Shown piece by piece: positions 17,646 to 26,272 of a DNA stretch of 32,000 nt. The notes beneath the pieces are model-generated. The model had not been told where the DNA came from, did no database searches, and saw only the letters and a program-made list of their open reading frames with translations. This stretch comes from Lachnospiraceae bacterium (lineage in GTDB: Bacteria > Bacillota > Clostridia > Lachnospirales > Lachnospiraceae): positions 97,119 through 129,118 of the forward strand of contig JBJELE010000025.1 in assembly GCA_051878995.1 (NCBI GenBank). The letters run 5' to 3'. The stretch's first letter is position 1; the number at the start of each line of letters is the position of its first letter. Made by a program: the position numbers and the translations under genes.

Positions 17646-17654
17646 ATTATACCA
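17646..17654 (-). promoter_or_regulatory. Extended -10 promoter (TGgTATAAT) upstream of the DUF4160-stub/DUF2442 unit
   Basis: Minus strand reads cacagtgTGgTATAATaaat, about 30 nt upstream of ATG 17617. Confidence 0.5.
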
Positions 17655-17703
17655 CACTGTGCACCATCTCAAAAGACAGATGATCTGAATTTTCCACTTT
17701 TCA

Positions 17704-18279
17704 CTAATTTACTCCTCCACAACCTTTCCTTCTAATCACATCATCTTCAATCTCCCGTCCCATACAGTAGGACTCTTCCATATTTTCATAGTCCCCGTAA
17801 TTAAGAATCCTCTCGAAGCCAAATCTGCGATACAGTCTGACAGAGGCATCCAGGAAAAGCCCTGTCTCCAGTATCATTCTGTCAAATCCCAATTCCTCAG
17901 CTTTGTCTATCAGATTCTGCAACAACATTCCACCGATATTTCTGCCGCGATAGGCATCCTGTAGAAAGACTCTCTTTACCTCTATCTCAGTATCGGAATA
18001 GCGTCTAAGCGCAGCACAGCCTACTGCTTTATCTTCGGCATAGGCTAATACCACATAATCCATCGTATCAAGATGATTATATTTCTTATATTTCTCTCTC
18101 TTATCTTCGCCGCCGATTGCCATATTCAGATAAGAATCCAATTCTCCGCACAACCTTATAAAATTGTCATTATCATAATTTACTTCGCGCAGAATAACAA
18201 TCTCTTCGTGTCCACATTCTTCTATTCTTCCGTTACTTTCCACATTGCCTTTCTTTCTCATATCCCTGCTTCCTTTCAT
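17704..18279 (-). CDS. GNAT-family N-acetyltransferase
   Basis: The acetyl-CoA motif A region VFLQDAYRGRNIGGMLLQNLIDKAEELGF, followed by RLYRRFGF. The exact start is uncertain (M1 or M7). Confidence 0.85.
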   Translation of the reverse strand: MKGSRDMRKKGNVESNGRIEECGHEEIVILREVNYDNDNFIRLCGELDSYLNMAIGGEDKREKYKKYNHLDTMDYVVLAYAEDKAVGCAALRRYSDTEIEVKRVFLQDAYRGRNIGGMLLQNLIDKAEELGFDRMILETGLFLDASVRLYRRFGFERILNYGDYENMEESYCMGREIEDDVIRRKGCGGVN

Positions 18280-18423
18280 ATAAATACTCTTTTATAGCCT
18301 CTCCTCTTGCCTTTACTCTACCACCATGCTATATTATTTGTGAAATAAATTATTTAATTTTTAATAATCACATTTTTAGATTATTCTCATTTTCATAAGA
18401 TGGGAAACAGTAGAAAAAAACCC

Positions 18424-18444
18424 TTATAGAATCCTTTATAGAAT
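18424..18444 (+). repeat. Direct repeat TTATAGAAT x2, 12 nt apart, immediately upstream of the LysR gene
   Basis: Copies at 18424-18432 and 18436-18444 in the GNAT/LysR divergent intergenic region. Each contains a TAGAAT -10-like hexamer. Confidence 0.5.
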
Positions 18445-18463
18445 AATGGAAACGGAGGCCCGC

Positions 18464-19291
18464 ATGGACACAGAAACCTTAAGAACCTTTGTAGCCCTTT
18501 CAAGCTACCGCAACTACACCAAAACCGCCGATGCGCTGTTTGTGGCACAGTCCACGGTTACAAACCGTATTTTGGAATTGGAGAAGGAGGTAGGCCGTCC
18601 GCTTCTGGCCCGCACGAAGCGTAGTGTGACACTGACTCCGGAGGGAGAGCTTTTTCTGCCCTACGCCAAGAGAATCATAGAGATGGAAGAAACTTCCATA
18701 AGGGAATTGAATACAATGCATAAATATCAGAAAACCTATCGGATTGGCACTACAAATACAATCTATGAATGTCATCTTGTTCCCCACATCCAGTCATATA
18801 TGCAGGCAAATCCCGGTCACGCCGTAAAGGTTACGATCGGTCATTCACAGGATCTTCTGATGGGAATTCAGGATAAGCTTTATGATGTGGTATACACTTT
18901 TCTGCCCTTACAGAAATCCGGCTATGACTGTGTGCCTTTTGCCACGGACAATCTGATCCTTGTCACATCCACGGCACATGACCTGTATGCCGACGGCATC
19001 CGCAAGGAGGATCTGGCTTCCTCTGATTATCTGTTCTGTAATTTTGCCTTACAGGAGGTAGGAGCTTTCATCCGGGAGCTTTTCCCGCCCCACTTCCGGT
19101 TCGGCTTTGAAATAGACAACGGCACGAAGCTGATTCCTTATCTTTTACAGTCTGAAGGTATCAGTTTCCTGCCGGAGAGTCTGGTGCTTCCTTATCTTGA
19201 GGCCGGAACGTTACGCACGATACCACTGCTTAACTTCGCTCCGCCCAAGATACAAAGCTATATGATATGTAAATCTACACAATCCGTCTGA
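18464..19291 (+). CDS. LysR-family transcriptional regulator
   Basis: MDTETLRTFVALSSYRNYTKTADALFVAQSTVTNRILELEKEVGRPLLART (HTH) plus a substrate-binding domain. ATG 18464 follows GGAGG by 5 nt, so it is preferred over 18446. Divergent from the GNAT gene. Confidence 0.9.
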   Translation: MDTETLRTFVALSSYRNYTKTADALFVAQSTVTNRILELEKEVGRPLLARTKRSVTLTPEGELFLPYAKRIIEMEETSIRELNTMHKYQKTYRIGTTNTIYECHLVPHIQSYMQANPGHAVKVTIGHSQDLLMGIQDKLYDVVYTFLPLQKSGYDCVPFATDNLILVTSTAHDLYADGIRKEDLASSDYLFCNFALQEVGAFIRELFPPHFRFGFEIDNGTKLIPYLLQSEGISFLPESLVLPYLEAGTLRTIPLLNFAPPKIQSYMICKSTQSV

Positions 19292-20528
19292 TGGTAATAA
19301 TACTTCTGTAAGTAGCAGATGTGATCTTAATACCTGTTCTTTCGGTACTGGCATGAACAATCTGCCCATTACCGATATAAATGCCCACATGACCTCCATA
19401 ATAGATGATATCACCGGGCTGTGCCTCGGAATAGGACACGCCTTTTCCTACAGCCGACTGGGCATAAGAGCTTCGGGGCAGAGAATATCCGAAGGCCTGA
19501 TAAACTGACATAACAAACCCGGAACAGTCTGCACCATCAGTCAGGCTGGTTCCGCCTGCCACGTAAGGATTTCCGATGAATTTGCAGGCATAATCCGCAA
19601 TCTGCTGCCCTTTGCCGCTACCGCCTGAGCTTGAACCGGAAGATGAGGAAGACGATGAACTCGAGGTTTCCTCTTTCTCCTGTTCCTCACTATCCGAATC
19701 TCCATCATTCTGGCTGGCCAGCAATGCTTCCTGTTCTTTCTTCTTACGCTCTTCCTCTTCTTTACGTTTGCGTTCTTCCTCTTCCTTACGCTTACGCTCT
19801 TCTTCCTCTAGCTGTTTAATCTTCGCTGTCTCCTGTTTGATCTTCGCTGTATAGGTTGCAGCCTCCTGTTTTGCCTTCGCCAATACTACGTTATAATTCT
19901 CATATTCCTGCTGCTTCTGTGCAAGCACCTCTTCCACATAAGCCTGTTCTTCTTTCAACTCTGTCTTAGAAGTCTCAAGCTCAGACTTTTCCTCTTCCAG
20001 TGTATCCTGCAATGCAGCTACCTCCTGCACGGTAGCCTCATATTCTTCCAGAAGGGTTCTGTCATACTCATAAAGCTCTTCCACATAATTGGCCTTATTC
20101 ATCATATCGCCCATGTTTTTAGCTCCGAAAAATAATTGCAGATAGGACGTTTCTCCCTTCTCATACATGAATCGGATTCGGATTTTCATGGATTCATACT
20201 GTTCATTCTTCTCAGCCACAGCAGCATCATACTCAATCTGGGTCTGGGCAATATCCTCTTCCTTATCAGCGATTGCTTCTTCGATCAGATTGATATCCGT
20301 AAGAAGAGATACCATTTCTTCATCCAGTGCTTCAATCTCTTCTCCCACATCCGCCTGGGCACCTTTGTAGTCGGAGATCTGCTGATTCACATTTTTTAAT
20401 TGTGATTGATCCTTTTTGAGCTCATTTTGCAGGTCAGAAATAGTGGTAGCCGATACCGGTTCTACCATGAGTAAAAACATTATAAAAGATAATAAGACAC
20501 ATACCGTCTGCACATATCTTCTTTTCAT
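19275..20528 (-). CDS. Secreted coiled-coil NlpC/P60 (C40) peptidoglycan hydrolase, CwlO/PcsB-like
   Basis: Signal peptide MKRRYVQTVCVLLSFIMFLLMVEPVSA, a long heptad-like coiled coil, a charged/Ser-rich linker, and a C-terminal NlpC/P60 domain (GADCSGFV...HVGIYIGNGQIVHAS). The 3' end overlaps the LysR 3' end by 17 nt (convergent). Confidence 0.88.
   Translation of the reverse strand: MKRRYVQTVCVLLSFIMFLLMVEPVSATTISDLQNELKKDQSQLKNVNQQISDYKGAQADVGEEIEALDEEMVSLLTDINLIEEAIADKEEDIAQTQIEYDAAVAEKNEQYESMKIRIRFMYEKGETSYLQLFFGAKNMGDMMNKANYVEELYEYDRTLLEEYEATVQEVAALQDTLEEEKSELETSKTELKEEQAYVEEVLAQKQQEYENYNVVLAKAKQEAATYTAKIKQETAKIKQLEEEERKRKEEEERKRKEEEERKKKEQEALLASQNDGDSDSEEQEKEETSSSSSSSSSGSSSGGSGKGQQIADYACKFIGNPYVAGGTSLTDGADCSGFVMSVYQAFGYSLPRSSYAQSAVGKGVSYSEAQPGDIIYYGGHVGIYIGNGQIVHASTERTGIKITSATYRSIITIRRIV
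19741..19812 (-). repeat. In-frame tandem 24-nt repeats encoding (EEEERKRK)x3 in the hydrolase linker
   Basis: Protein reads EEEERKRKEEEERKRKEEEERKKKEQE. A Ser/Gly tract (SSSSSSSSSGSSSGGSG) is encoded at about 19612-19670. Confidence 0.6.
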
Positions 20529-20594
20529 GTCTTTTGTTCCTCTGTTTCTGTACTAATGATTCACTCTGTATTTCTGCGATACTGTTGTTATCGC

Positions 20595-21986
20595 TTATAA
20601 TTCGCAGTTATTGACAGTTCTCGGGAACGGAATAACATCACGGATATTCCCCATACCTGTCAGATACATTACACATCTCTCAAATCCCAGACCGAATCCC
20701 GCATGTCTCGCTGAACCGTATTTTCTGAGATCCAAATAGAACTGGTAATCTTCTTTGTTCAGCCCCAGTTCATCCATTCTCTTCTCCAGAAGCTCCAGAT
20801 TATCCTCTCTCTGGCTGCCTCCGATGATCTCTCCGATACCGGGTACCAGACAGTCCATAGCGGCAACGGTCTTGCCGTCCTCATTCAGCTTCATATAGAA
20901 TGCCTTAATCTCCTTAGGATAATCGGTAACGAATACCGGGCGCTTGAATTCCTTCTCTGTCAAATATCTTTCATGCTCTGTCTGCAGATCGCAGCCCCAG
21001 GATACCTTATATTCAAATTCATCATTATGCTGCTCCAAAATCTTAATCGCCTCTGTATAAGTTACATGGGCGAAATCAGAATTCAGCACATGGTTTAATC
21101 TGTCAATCAGTCCTTTGTCCACAAACTGATTAAAGAAGTTCATCTCCTCCGGTGCATTCTCCAGCACATACCGGATCACATGCTTAAGCATTGCCTCCGC
21201 CACCATCATATCATCCGTCAGATCTGCAAAAGCCATCTCCGGCTCGATCATCCAGAACTCTGCGGCATGTCTCGTGGTATTGGAATTCTCCGCACGGAAG
21301 GTAGGCCCGAAGGTATATACATTCTTAAATGCAAAGGCATAGGTTTCTACATTAAGCTGTCCGCTTACGGTCAGATTCGTGGGCTTGCCGAAGAAATCCT
21401 GACTGTAATCTACCTGACCATCCTCTGTCTTAGGTACATTGTTCAAATCCAGCGTTGTAACCTGGAACATCTCACCGGCACCTTCACAGTCACTGCCTGT
21501 AATCAGCGGTGTGTGCACATATACGAATCCTCTTTCCTGGAAAAAGGTGTGAATGGCATAAGCAATCAGGGAACGTACGCGGAAGGTTGCCTGAAAGGTG
21601 TTGGTTCTCGGTCTTAAATGGGAAATTGTCCTCAGGTACTCGAAACTGTGTCGCTTCTTCTGTAAAGGATAGTCTGCCGTGGACACACCCTCTATCATAA
21701 TCTCCGAAGCCTGCATCTCAAAAGCCTGTTTTGCCTGAGGTGTCGCCACAATCTTGCCCTTAGCCACAATCGCGGAACCCACATTCAGCTTAGAGATTGT
21801 CTCAAAATTTTCTAACGAATCCGAATATACAATCTGCAACGGCTCGAAAAAGGTTCCGTCATTTACAACGATAAACCCGAAGGTCTTAGAGTCTCTGATG
21901 CTTCTGACCCATCCACCCACAGTCACTTCCTTGTCAATGTAGTCACCGCTGTTGCGGTACAAATCCTTAATGTCTGTCAAATTCAT
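20595..21986 (-). CDS. asnS: Asparagine--tRNA ligase
   Basis: 463 aa. N-terminal OB fold ([24 protein letters not shown]) and class II motifs ([33 protein letters not shown]). Confidence 0.97.
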   Translation of the reverse strand: MNLTDIKDLYRNSGDYIDKEVTVGGWVRSIRDSKTFGFIVVNDGTFFEPLQIVYSDSLENFETISKLNVGSAIVAKGKIVATPQAKQAFEMQASEIMIEGVSTADYPLQKKRHSFEYLRTISHLRPRTNTFQATFRVRSLIAYAIHTFFQERGFVYVHTPLITGSDCEGAGEMFQVTTLDLNNVPKTEDGQVDYSQDFFGKPTNLTVSGQLNVETYAFAFKNVYTFGPTFRAENSNTTRHAAEFWMIEPEMAFADLTDDMMVAEAMLKHVIRYVLENAPEEMNFFNQFVDKGLIDRLNHVLNSDFAHVTYTEAIKILEQHNDEFEYKVSWGCDLQTEHERYLTEKEFKRPVFVTDYPKEIKAFYMKLNEDGKTVAAMDCLVPGIGEIIGGSQREDNLELLEKRMDELGLNKEDYQFYLDLRKYGSARHAGFGLGFERCVMYLTGMGNIRDVIPFPRTVNNCEL

Positions 21987-22007
21987 ATCCCTTATCTCCT
22001 TTACTCC

Positions 22008-23090
22008 TTACTCCTCTGGTTGAGTTGTGGTAGTGATATTTCCATTTTCTTTTAAGTAAGAAAGTACTTTCTTACGCATCAGATATTCTCTTAAAACTTC
22101 CATATCCGTGCTTTCTTTAAAGGCTTCTTCAGATTCATAACCATAGGCTTCCACCCTATAGTCAACCTCTTCCTGAATCTCCTCATCCGTAGGATTCAAG
22201 CCTTCAATATCTGCAATTGCCTGATACATGATATACTGTTGGGTACTCTCTAGCGCATCCTCATCAAACTGCTTCTGGTATGTTTCTTCATCCATACCAT
22301 AATAGGTCTGCATATACTGTACCAGCGTCATATTCTGAGACTGTGCCTGAGCCGTTATGCTATCCTCGATACTCTGGCGGATTCTGGCTACCATTTCCTT
22401 TGGCGGCTCTTTAAAGGTACACCCTGCCATGATCTGATCCTGGATAGATGTTTCAATTGTATTATCATAGGTCTGTACAGCACTCTGATAGAAATAGTCA
22501 TAGATATAATCTCTCAGCTCTTTCTCGTTGGTACAATCAGGAATACCAAGAGACTGTACGAACTCATCCGTAAGGTCAGGAACTTTCTTCTCACTGATAC
22601 TGTTAACTGTTACCTCAAATACCACCGGTTCCCCGGCCAGATCCGGATTATTCTGATACGGATCTGGGAATGTCAGATTCAAAGATACCTGATCCCCTAC
22701 ATTTGCACCGATCAGCCCATCCTCAAACCCGCTGATAAACTGTCCGGAACCAATAGTCAGGTCATATCCTTCTGCCGTACCTCCCTGAAAGGCTTCTCCG
22801 TCATGATAGCCTACATAATCAATGTTGACCACATCTCCCGTCTGCACAGCTCTTCCAGTTACTTCCTCCGTTGTCGTATAAGAAGGCAGGATGTAATATT
22901 GCAAATACATATCCACCAGCCCGTCTTCCACAGCAGGCTCCTCTGCCTGGGCTTCAATTCCCATATAATTACCTAATGTCACATAGTCGCTTGCCTTAAT
23001 ATCCTTCAGATATTCTTTGCTGCCGCATGCGGTTAAAAGTGTGGCTGATGCCAGCACCGCCGCTAAAACTCCGACTCTCTTTTTCATCAT
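22008..23090 (-). CDS. Lipoprotein with FKBP-type peptidyl-prolyl isomerase / trigger-factor-like domains
   Basis: Lipobox LLTAC-GS after a signal peptide (MMKKRVGVLAAVLASATLLTAC). PPIase core GDVVNIDYVGYHDGEAFQGGTAEGYDLTIGSGQFISGFEDGLIG. Helical trigger-factor-like C-terminus. The start is ambiguous between 23087 and 23114. It lies 21 nt upstream of asnS. Confidence 0.8.
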   Translation of the reverse strand: MMKKRVGVLAAVLASATLLTACGSKEYLKDIKASDYVTLGNYMGIEAQAEEPAVEDGLVDMYLQYYILPSYTTTEEVTGRAVQTGDVVNIDYVGYHDGEAFQGGTAEGYDLTIGSGQFISGFEDGLIGANVGDQVSLNLTFPDPYQNNPDLAGEPVVFEVTVNSISEKKVPDLTDEFVQSLGIPDCTNEKELRDYIYDYFYQSAVQTYDNTIETSIQDQIMAGCTFKEPPKEMVARIRQSIEDSITAQAQSQNMTLVQYMQTYYGMDEETYQKQFDEDALESTQQYIMYQAIADIEGLNPTDEEIQEEVDYRVEAYGYESEEAFKESTDMEVLREYLMRKKVLSYLKENGNITTTTQPEE

Positions 23091-23176
23091 CTTAATAACC
23101 ATACCTTTCTGCAATCATGCTATTGATAAATATAGCACAAATCCAAGCTACTTAAAAGACTTTCTTCGAAATCTCC

Positions 23177-23205
23177 TTGCTTAATAACCCAATCAATGAT
23201 AGAAT
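23177..23205 (+). promoter_or_regulatory. Sigma-A-type promoter for the 158-aa membrane protein gene
   Basis: TTGCTT-aataacccaatcaatga (17 nt)-TAGAAT, about 60 nt upstream of ATG 23265. Confidence 0.5.
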
Positions 23206-23264
23206 ATCCATTGCAAAGACAGCTAAACATTTTTTTGCAGATTTTTGAAAGGTAAGGTAGTTTC

Positions 23265-23741
23265 ATGAGTACATTAACAATCGTGTTATTAGTAATTCTG
23301 GCAATTCTGATTGTTGCCGTAGTTGCATTATATTTCTTTGGTAAGAAAGCACAGAAAAAGCAGAGTGAGCAGCAGGCGCAGATTGATGCCATGAAACAGA
23401 CTGTTTCCATGCTGATTATAGATAAGAAACGAATGAAGCTGAAGGAAGCCGGACTTCCTCAGGTAGTAGTCGAGCAGACTCCCAAGCTGCTTCGCAACTC
23501 CAAGCTTCCGGTAGTTAAGGCTAAGGTTGGACCACAGGTAATGTCTTTAATCTGCGAGGAGAAAATCTTTGATTCCGTTCCGGTGAAAAAGGAAGTAAAG
23601 GCAGTGGTCAGCGGCATATATATCACAGACGTCAAAGGACTTCACGGCAAACAGCCTGTTGTACCGCAGAAAAAGAAGGGTAAATTTAAACAGCTGGTTG
23701 AGAAAGCTCAGGAAAAAGCAGGAGCAAAACCAATCAAATAA
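23265..23741 (+). CDS. Hypothetical single-pass membrane protein, Lys-rich
   Basis: N-terminal TM segment LTIVLLVILAILIVAVVALYFF, then a basic soluble domain. SD AAGGTAAGG. Followed by a terminator. Confidence 0.7.
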   Translation: MSTLTIVLLVILAILIVAVVALYFFGKKAQKKQSEQQAQIDAMKQTVSMLIIDKKRMKLKEAGLPQVVVEQTPKLLRNSKLPVVKAKVGPQVMSLICEEKIFDSVPVKKEVKAVVSGIYITDVKGLHGKQPVVPQKKKGKFKQLVEKAQEKAGAKPIK

Positions 23742-23795
23742 AGAAACAACATTCGGTGTATTTCACAAGCCTTCACCGATAAACAGCAAGCAAAT

Positions 23796-23831
23796 AACAG
23801 CAGCTTCCTAATTTAAGGAAAAGCTGCTGTT
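23796..23831. terminator. Bidirectional terminator between convergent genes
   Basis: AACAGCAGCTT (23796-23806) pairs with AAGCTGCTGTT (23821-23831), followed by TTTCTTTT on the plus strand. It overlaps the stop of the DUF1934 gene. Confidence 0.7.
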
Positions 23832-24263
23832 TTCTTTTGAACAAATATGAATTTTGATATGACAGTCAGTGAGAAATTCATAGTTTACATCCAGTGCATA
23901 GTCCACATCCACTATGATATCGTCTTCCTGCTCCTCTATCTCTATTTTCTTCGTATCAATCCCGATCAGAATCTGTCCGAAGGGAGTGTTATAGCTGGTC
24001 ATGTTTTTCTTGTTTTCCTGAAAAACCATATGTACATTGATCAGCCCGTTTCTGGTAAGCTCCAGCATACCTTCGCTGAACTTAAGGCGGTTCTTGGTCG
24101 CCTGACTGAAGCCTTCGGTAAGCTCTTCATAGATTACATAGTGCTTACCATTTTTCTTATAATAATCCCCCACCGTGACAGTCTCGATCGGCTCGGCATT
24201 CTCGTTCTGCTGGTCAAACTGCAGCCCCTGCATGGTCAGTAATACTTCTTTCATCATAAGCAT
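23808..24263 (-). CDS. DUF1934 (YwiB-like) beta-barrel protein
   Basis: ...GDYYKKNGKHYVIYEE...RLKFSEGMLELTRNG...MVFQENKKNMTSYNTPFGQILIGIDTKKIEI fits the DUF1934 pattern. It lies 9 nt after murI. The start could be M1, M3 or M4. Confidence 0.75.
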   Translation of the reverse strand: MLMMKEVLLTMQGLQFDQQNENAEPIETVTVGDYYKKNGKHYVIYEELTEGFSQATKNRLKFSEGMLELTRNGLINVHMVFQENKKNMTSYNTPFGQILIGIDTKKIEIEEQEDDIIVDVDYALDVNYEFLTDCHIKIHICSKENSSFSLN

Positions 24264-24272
24264 TTACCCTTA

Positions 24273-25106
24273 TTAATATTCTTCTATGTTAATCACTTTG
24301 GCTGATAAAATACCGTAAGTCAGGATGGAATTGGCAAATTTCTGGAATTTGTCTGCCGCATCACTGACAAAGAAACGGTATAACTCCGTTCCAAGCCCCG
24401 GTCTGTGTTCACTTTCCAGTCCTTTTTCCCGAAGAAGCTCCTTCAATTCTCTGGCCGTCTCATAGGCCGGATTGACCAGTGTTACCTGATTGCCCATAAT
24501 CTTACCTACTGTAGAACGAATCATCGGATAGTGGGTACAGCCCAGGATCAGAGTATCGATTCCAACATCAATCAATTCTGTCAGATAACGTCTTGCAATT
24601 TCATCCGTCACCGGGTCCTCCCACAGTCCCTCTTCTACCAATGGCACAAAGAGGGGGCATGCTTTACCGAGCACCTGCACTCCGGGATTATTCTCCTGTA
24701 TGTATCTGTTATAGATTCCACTGCTAATCGTGGCCTCCGTAGCCACCACACCAATCTTACCATTCCTGGTAGCCTCAATGGCAGCCTTGGCGCCGGGCTT
24801 TACCACCCCGATAATCGGGATATCCACTTCCTTCTCCAGCTCATCCAATGCATAGGCACTGGCTGTATTGCACGCCACCACAATTGCTTTGACATGCTGT
24901 GTCTGTAAGAACCGCACAATCTGTCTGGAAAATTTCGTTACTGTCTCTTTGGATTTATTACCGTAAGGCACTCTCGCCGTATCTCCGAAATATACAATTC
25001 TCTCATTGGGAAGCTGACGCATGACCTCTCTTGCCACCGTCAGTCCGCCGACCCCCGAATCAAATACCCCAATCGGGCTATTATGTAATTCTTCCTGTCC
25101 GCTCAT
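24273..25106 (-). CDS. murI: Glutamate racemase
   Basis: IGVFDSGVGGLTV, VVACNTASA and LGCTHYP motifs. Confidence 0.95.
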   Translation of the reverse strand: MSGQEELHNSPIGVFDSGVGGLTVAREVMRQLPNERIVYFGDTARVPYGNKSKETVTKFSRQIVRFLQTQHVKAIVVACNTASAYALDELEKEVDIPIIGVVKPGAKAAIEATRNGKIGVVATEATISSGIYNRYIQENNPGVQVLGKACPLFVPLVEEGLWEDPVTDEIARRYLTELIDVGIDTLILGCTHYPMIRSTVGKIMGNQVTLVNPAYETARELKELLREKGLESEHRPGLGTELYRFFVSDAADKFQKFANSILTYGILSAKVINIEEY

Positions 25107-25148
25107 GTTACTGTTTGCCTTTCTTCCTCATTATTTATCCTGATATCG

Positions 25149-25472
25149 TTATTTATCTATATATTGTCCCATCCACTCTAAGAATCTGCTCTTCACAACC
25201 ACTTCATCTCCTGTGGTTTCCAGCATTTCCCGATAGGTGGGCTGCCGCAGATCTTCCTGTTCTGTCTCTTTCTTACACATATCATCCTGCTGACCCTCTG
25301 CCACGGCACACTCCTCGATCACAACCGCCTGACAGGTTGCTTCCGTAAAACACAGTTCGGGATACAGAATCCCCCACCAGGAAGCAGCAAAGGCAGCTGT
25401 CATCCATGCCCTGATTTTCAGGTCGTAATATCCCTTCCACAGCATTTTTTCTATATTTGCTCTATTCCACAT
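25149..25472 (-). CDS. Hypothetical small protein with one hydrophobic segment
   Basis: 107-aa ORF between the GntR gene and murI on the same strand, with SD AGGAGAA upstream. Hydrophobic segment AWMTAAFAASWWGILYP, acidic C-terminal half. Confidence 0.55.
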   Translation of the reverse strand: MWNRANIEKMLWKGYYDLKIRAWMTAAFAASWWGILYPELCFTEATCQAVVIEECAVAEGQQDDMCKKETEQEDLRQPTYREMLETTGDEVVVKSRFLEWMGQYIDK

Positions 25473-25554
25473 AGTAATTCTCCTATCTGCCGTTTTCCCG
25501 ACATAAGGAGTATTTCCGGGATATTACTCTATATACATATTTGCCTGTAATCTA

Positions 25555-26253
25555 CTATTTTTTCTTATTACCGCTCTGTTCCTGTTCCAGACGGATCTGA
25601 CTAATAATAGATTTCTCCTGATTATCAATATGTAGCTTAGAAGCTTCTGCCGCCTTCTGTTTATCTCTGTGAAGAACACTTTCATATATCATTCTATGCT
25701 CCTCCACCAGATTATCATGACGGCTTTCATCCTTAATATATTCGAAACGATAGCGGTACATCTGTTCCGACAGGTTATTGATCAGCTGAATCAGTCTCTG
25801 ATTTCGTGTTGCCTGTACAATAATGTCATGAAGTGCCACATCTGCCGCCGCAATCGTGGTCGCATCCCCATTCTTGGTGGCATGTTCAAATTCATCACAG
25901 GCTTTCTTCAGCTGCTCGGTCTCCTCTACGCTGATCCTGTCACAGGCAAGCTCCACACAGAGCGCATCCAGAGCGCGGCGTACCTCCAGCACGTCCTTCA
26001 GGCTCTTCTCCGTAATCTGTGCCACTTCCGCACCGCGACGGGGTATCATGATAACCAGTCCCTCTAATTCCAGTTTCCGGATAGCCTCCCTGATCGGTGT
26101 CCTGCTGACCCCGAGCTTATTCGCCAGATGAATCTCCATCAGACGCTCCCCCGGTTTCAGTTCTCCCGTCAAAATTGCTTTCCTGAGAGTGTTGAACACC
26201 ACATCTCTCAAGGGAAGGAATTCATCCATGTTGACTGTAAAATTTTCTCCCAT
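25555..26253 (-). CDS. GntR-family transcriptional regulator (FadR/FCD subfamily)
   Basis: HTH LKPGERLMEIHLANKLGVSRTPIREAIRKLELEGLV plus a helical FCD-like C-terminal domain. ATG 26253 (MGENFTV...) follows GAGAAAGG. Confidence 0.9.
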   Translation of the reverse strand: MGENFTVNMDEFLPLRDVVFNTLRKAILTGELKPGERLMEIHLANKLGVSRTPIREAIRKLELEGLVIMIPRRGAEVAQITEKSLKDVLEVRRALDALCVELACDRISVEETEQLKKACDEFEHATKNGDATTIAAADVALHDIIVQATRNQRLIQLINNLSEQMYRYRFEYIKDESRHDNLVEEHRMIYESVLHRDKQKAAEASKLHIDNQEKSIISQIRLEQEQSGNKKK

Positions 26254-26272
26254 GCTAAACCATACCTTTCTC

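Noticed and set aside
23120-23410. Minus-strand 96-aa ORF spanning the divergent promoter region
   Set aside because: It overlaps the start of the plus-strand membrane-protein gene and its promoter. It has an odd Cys-rich composition and no SD.
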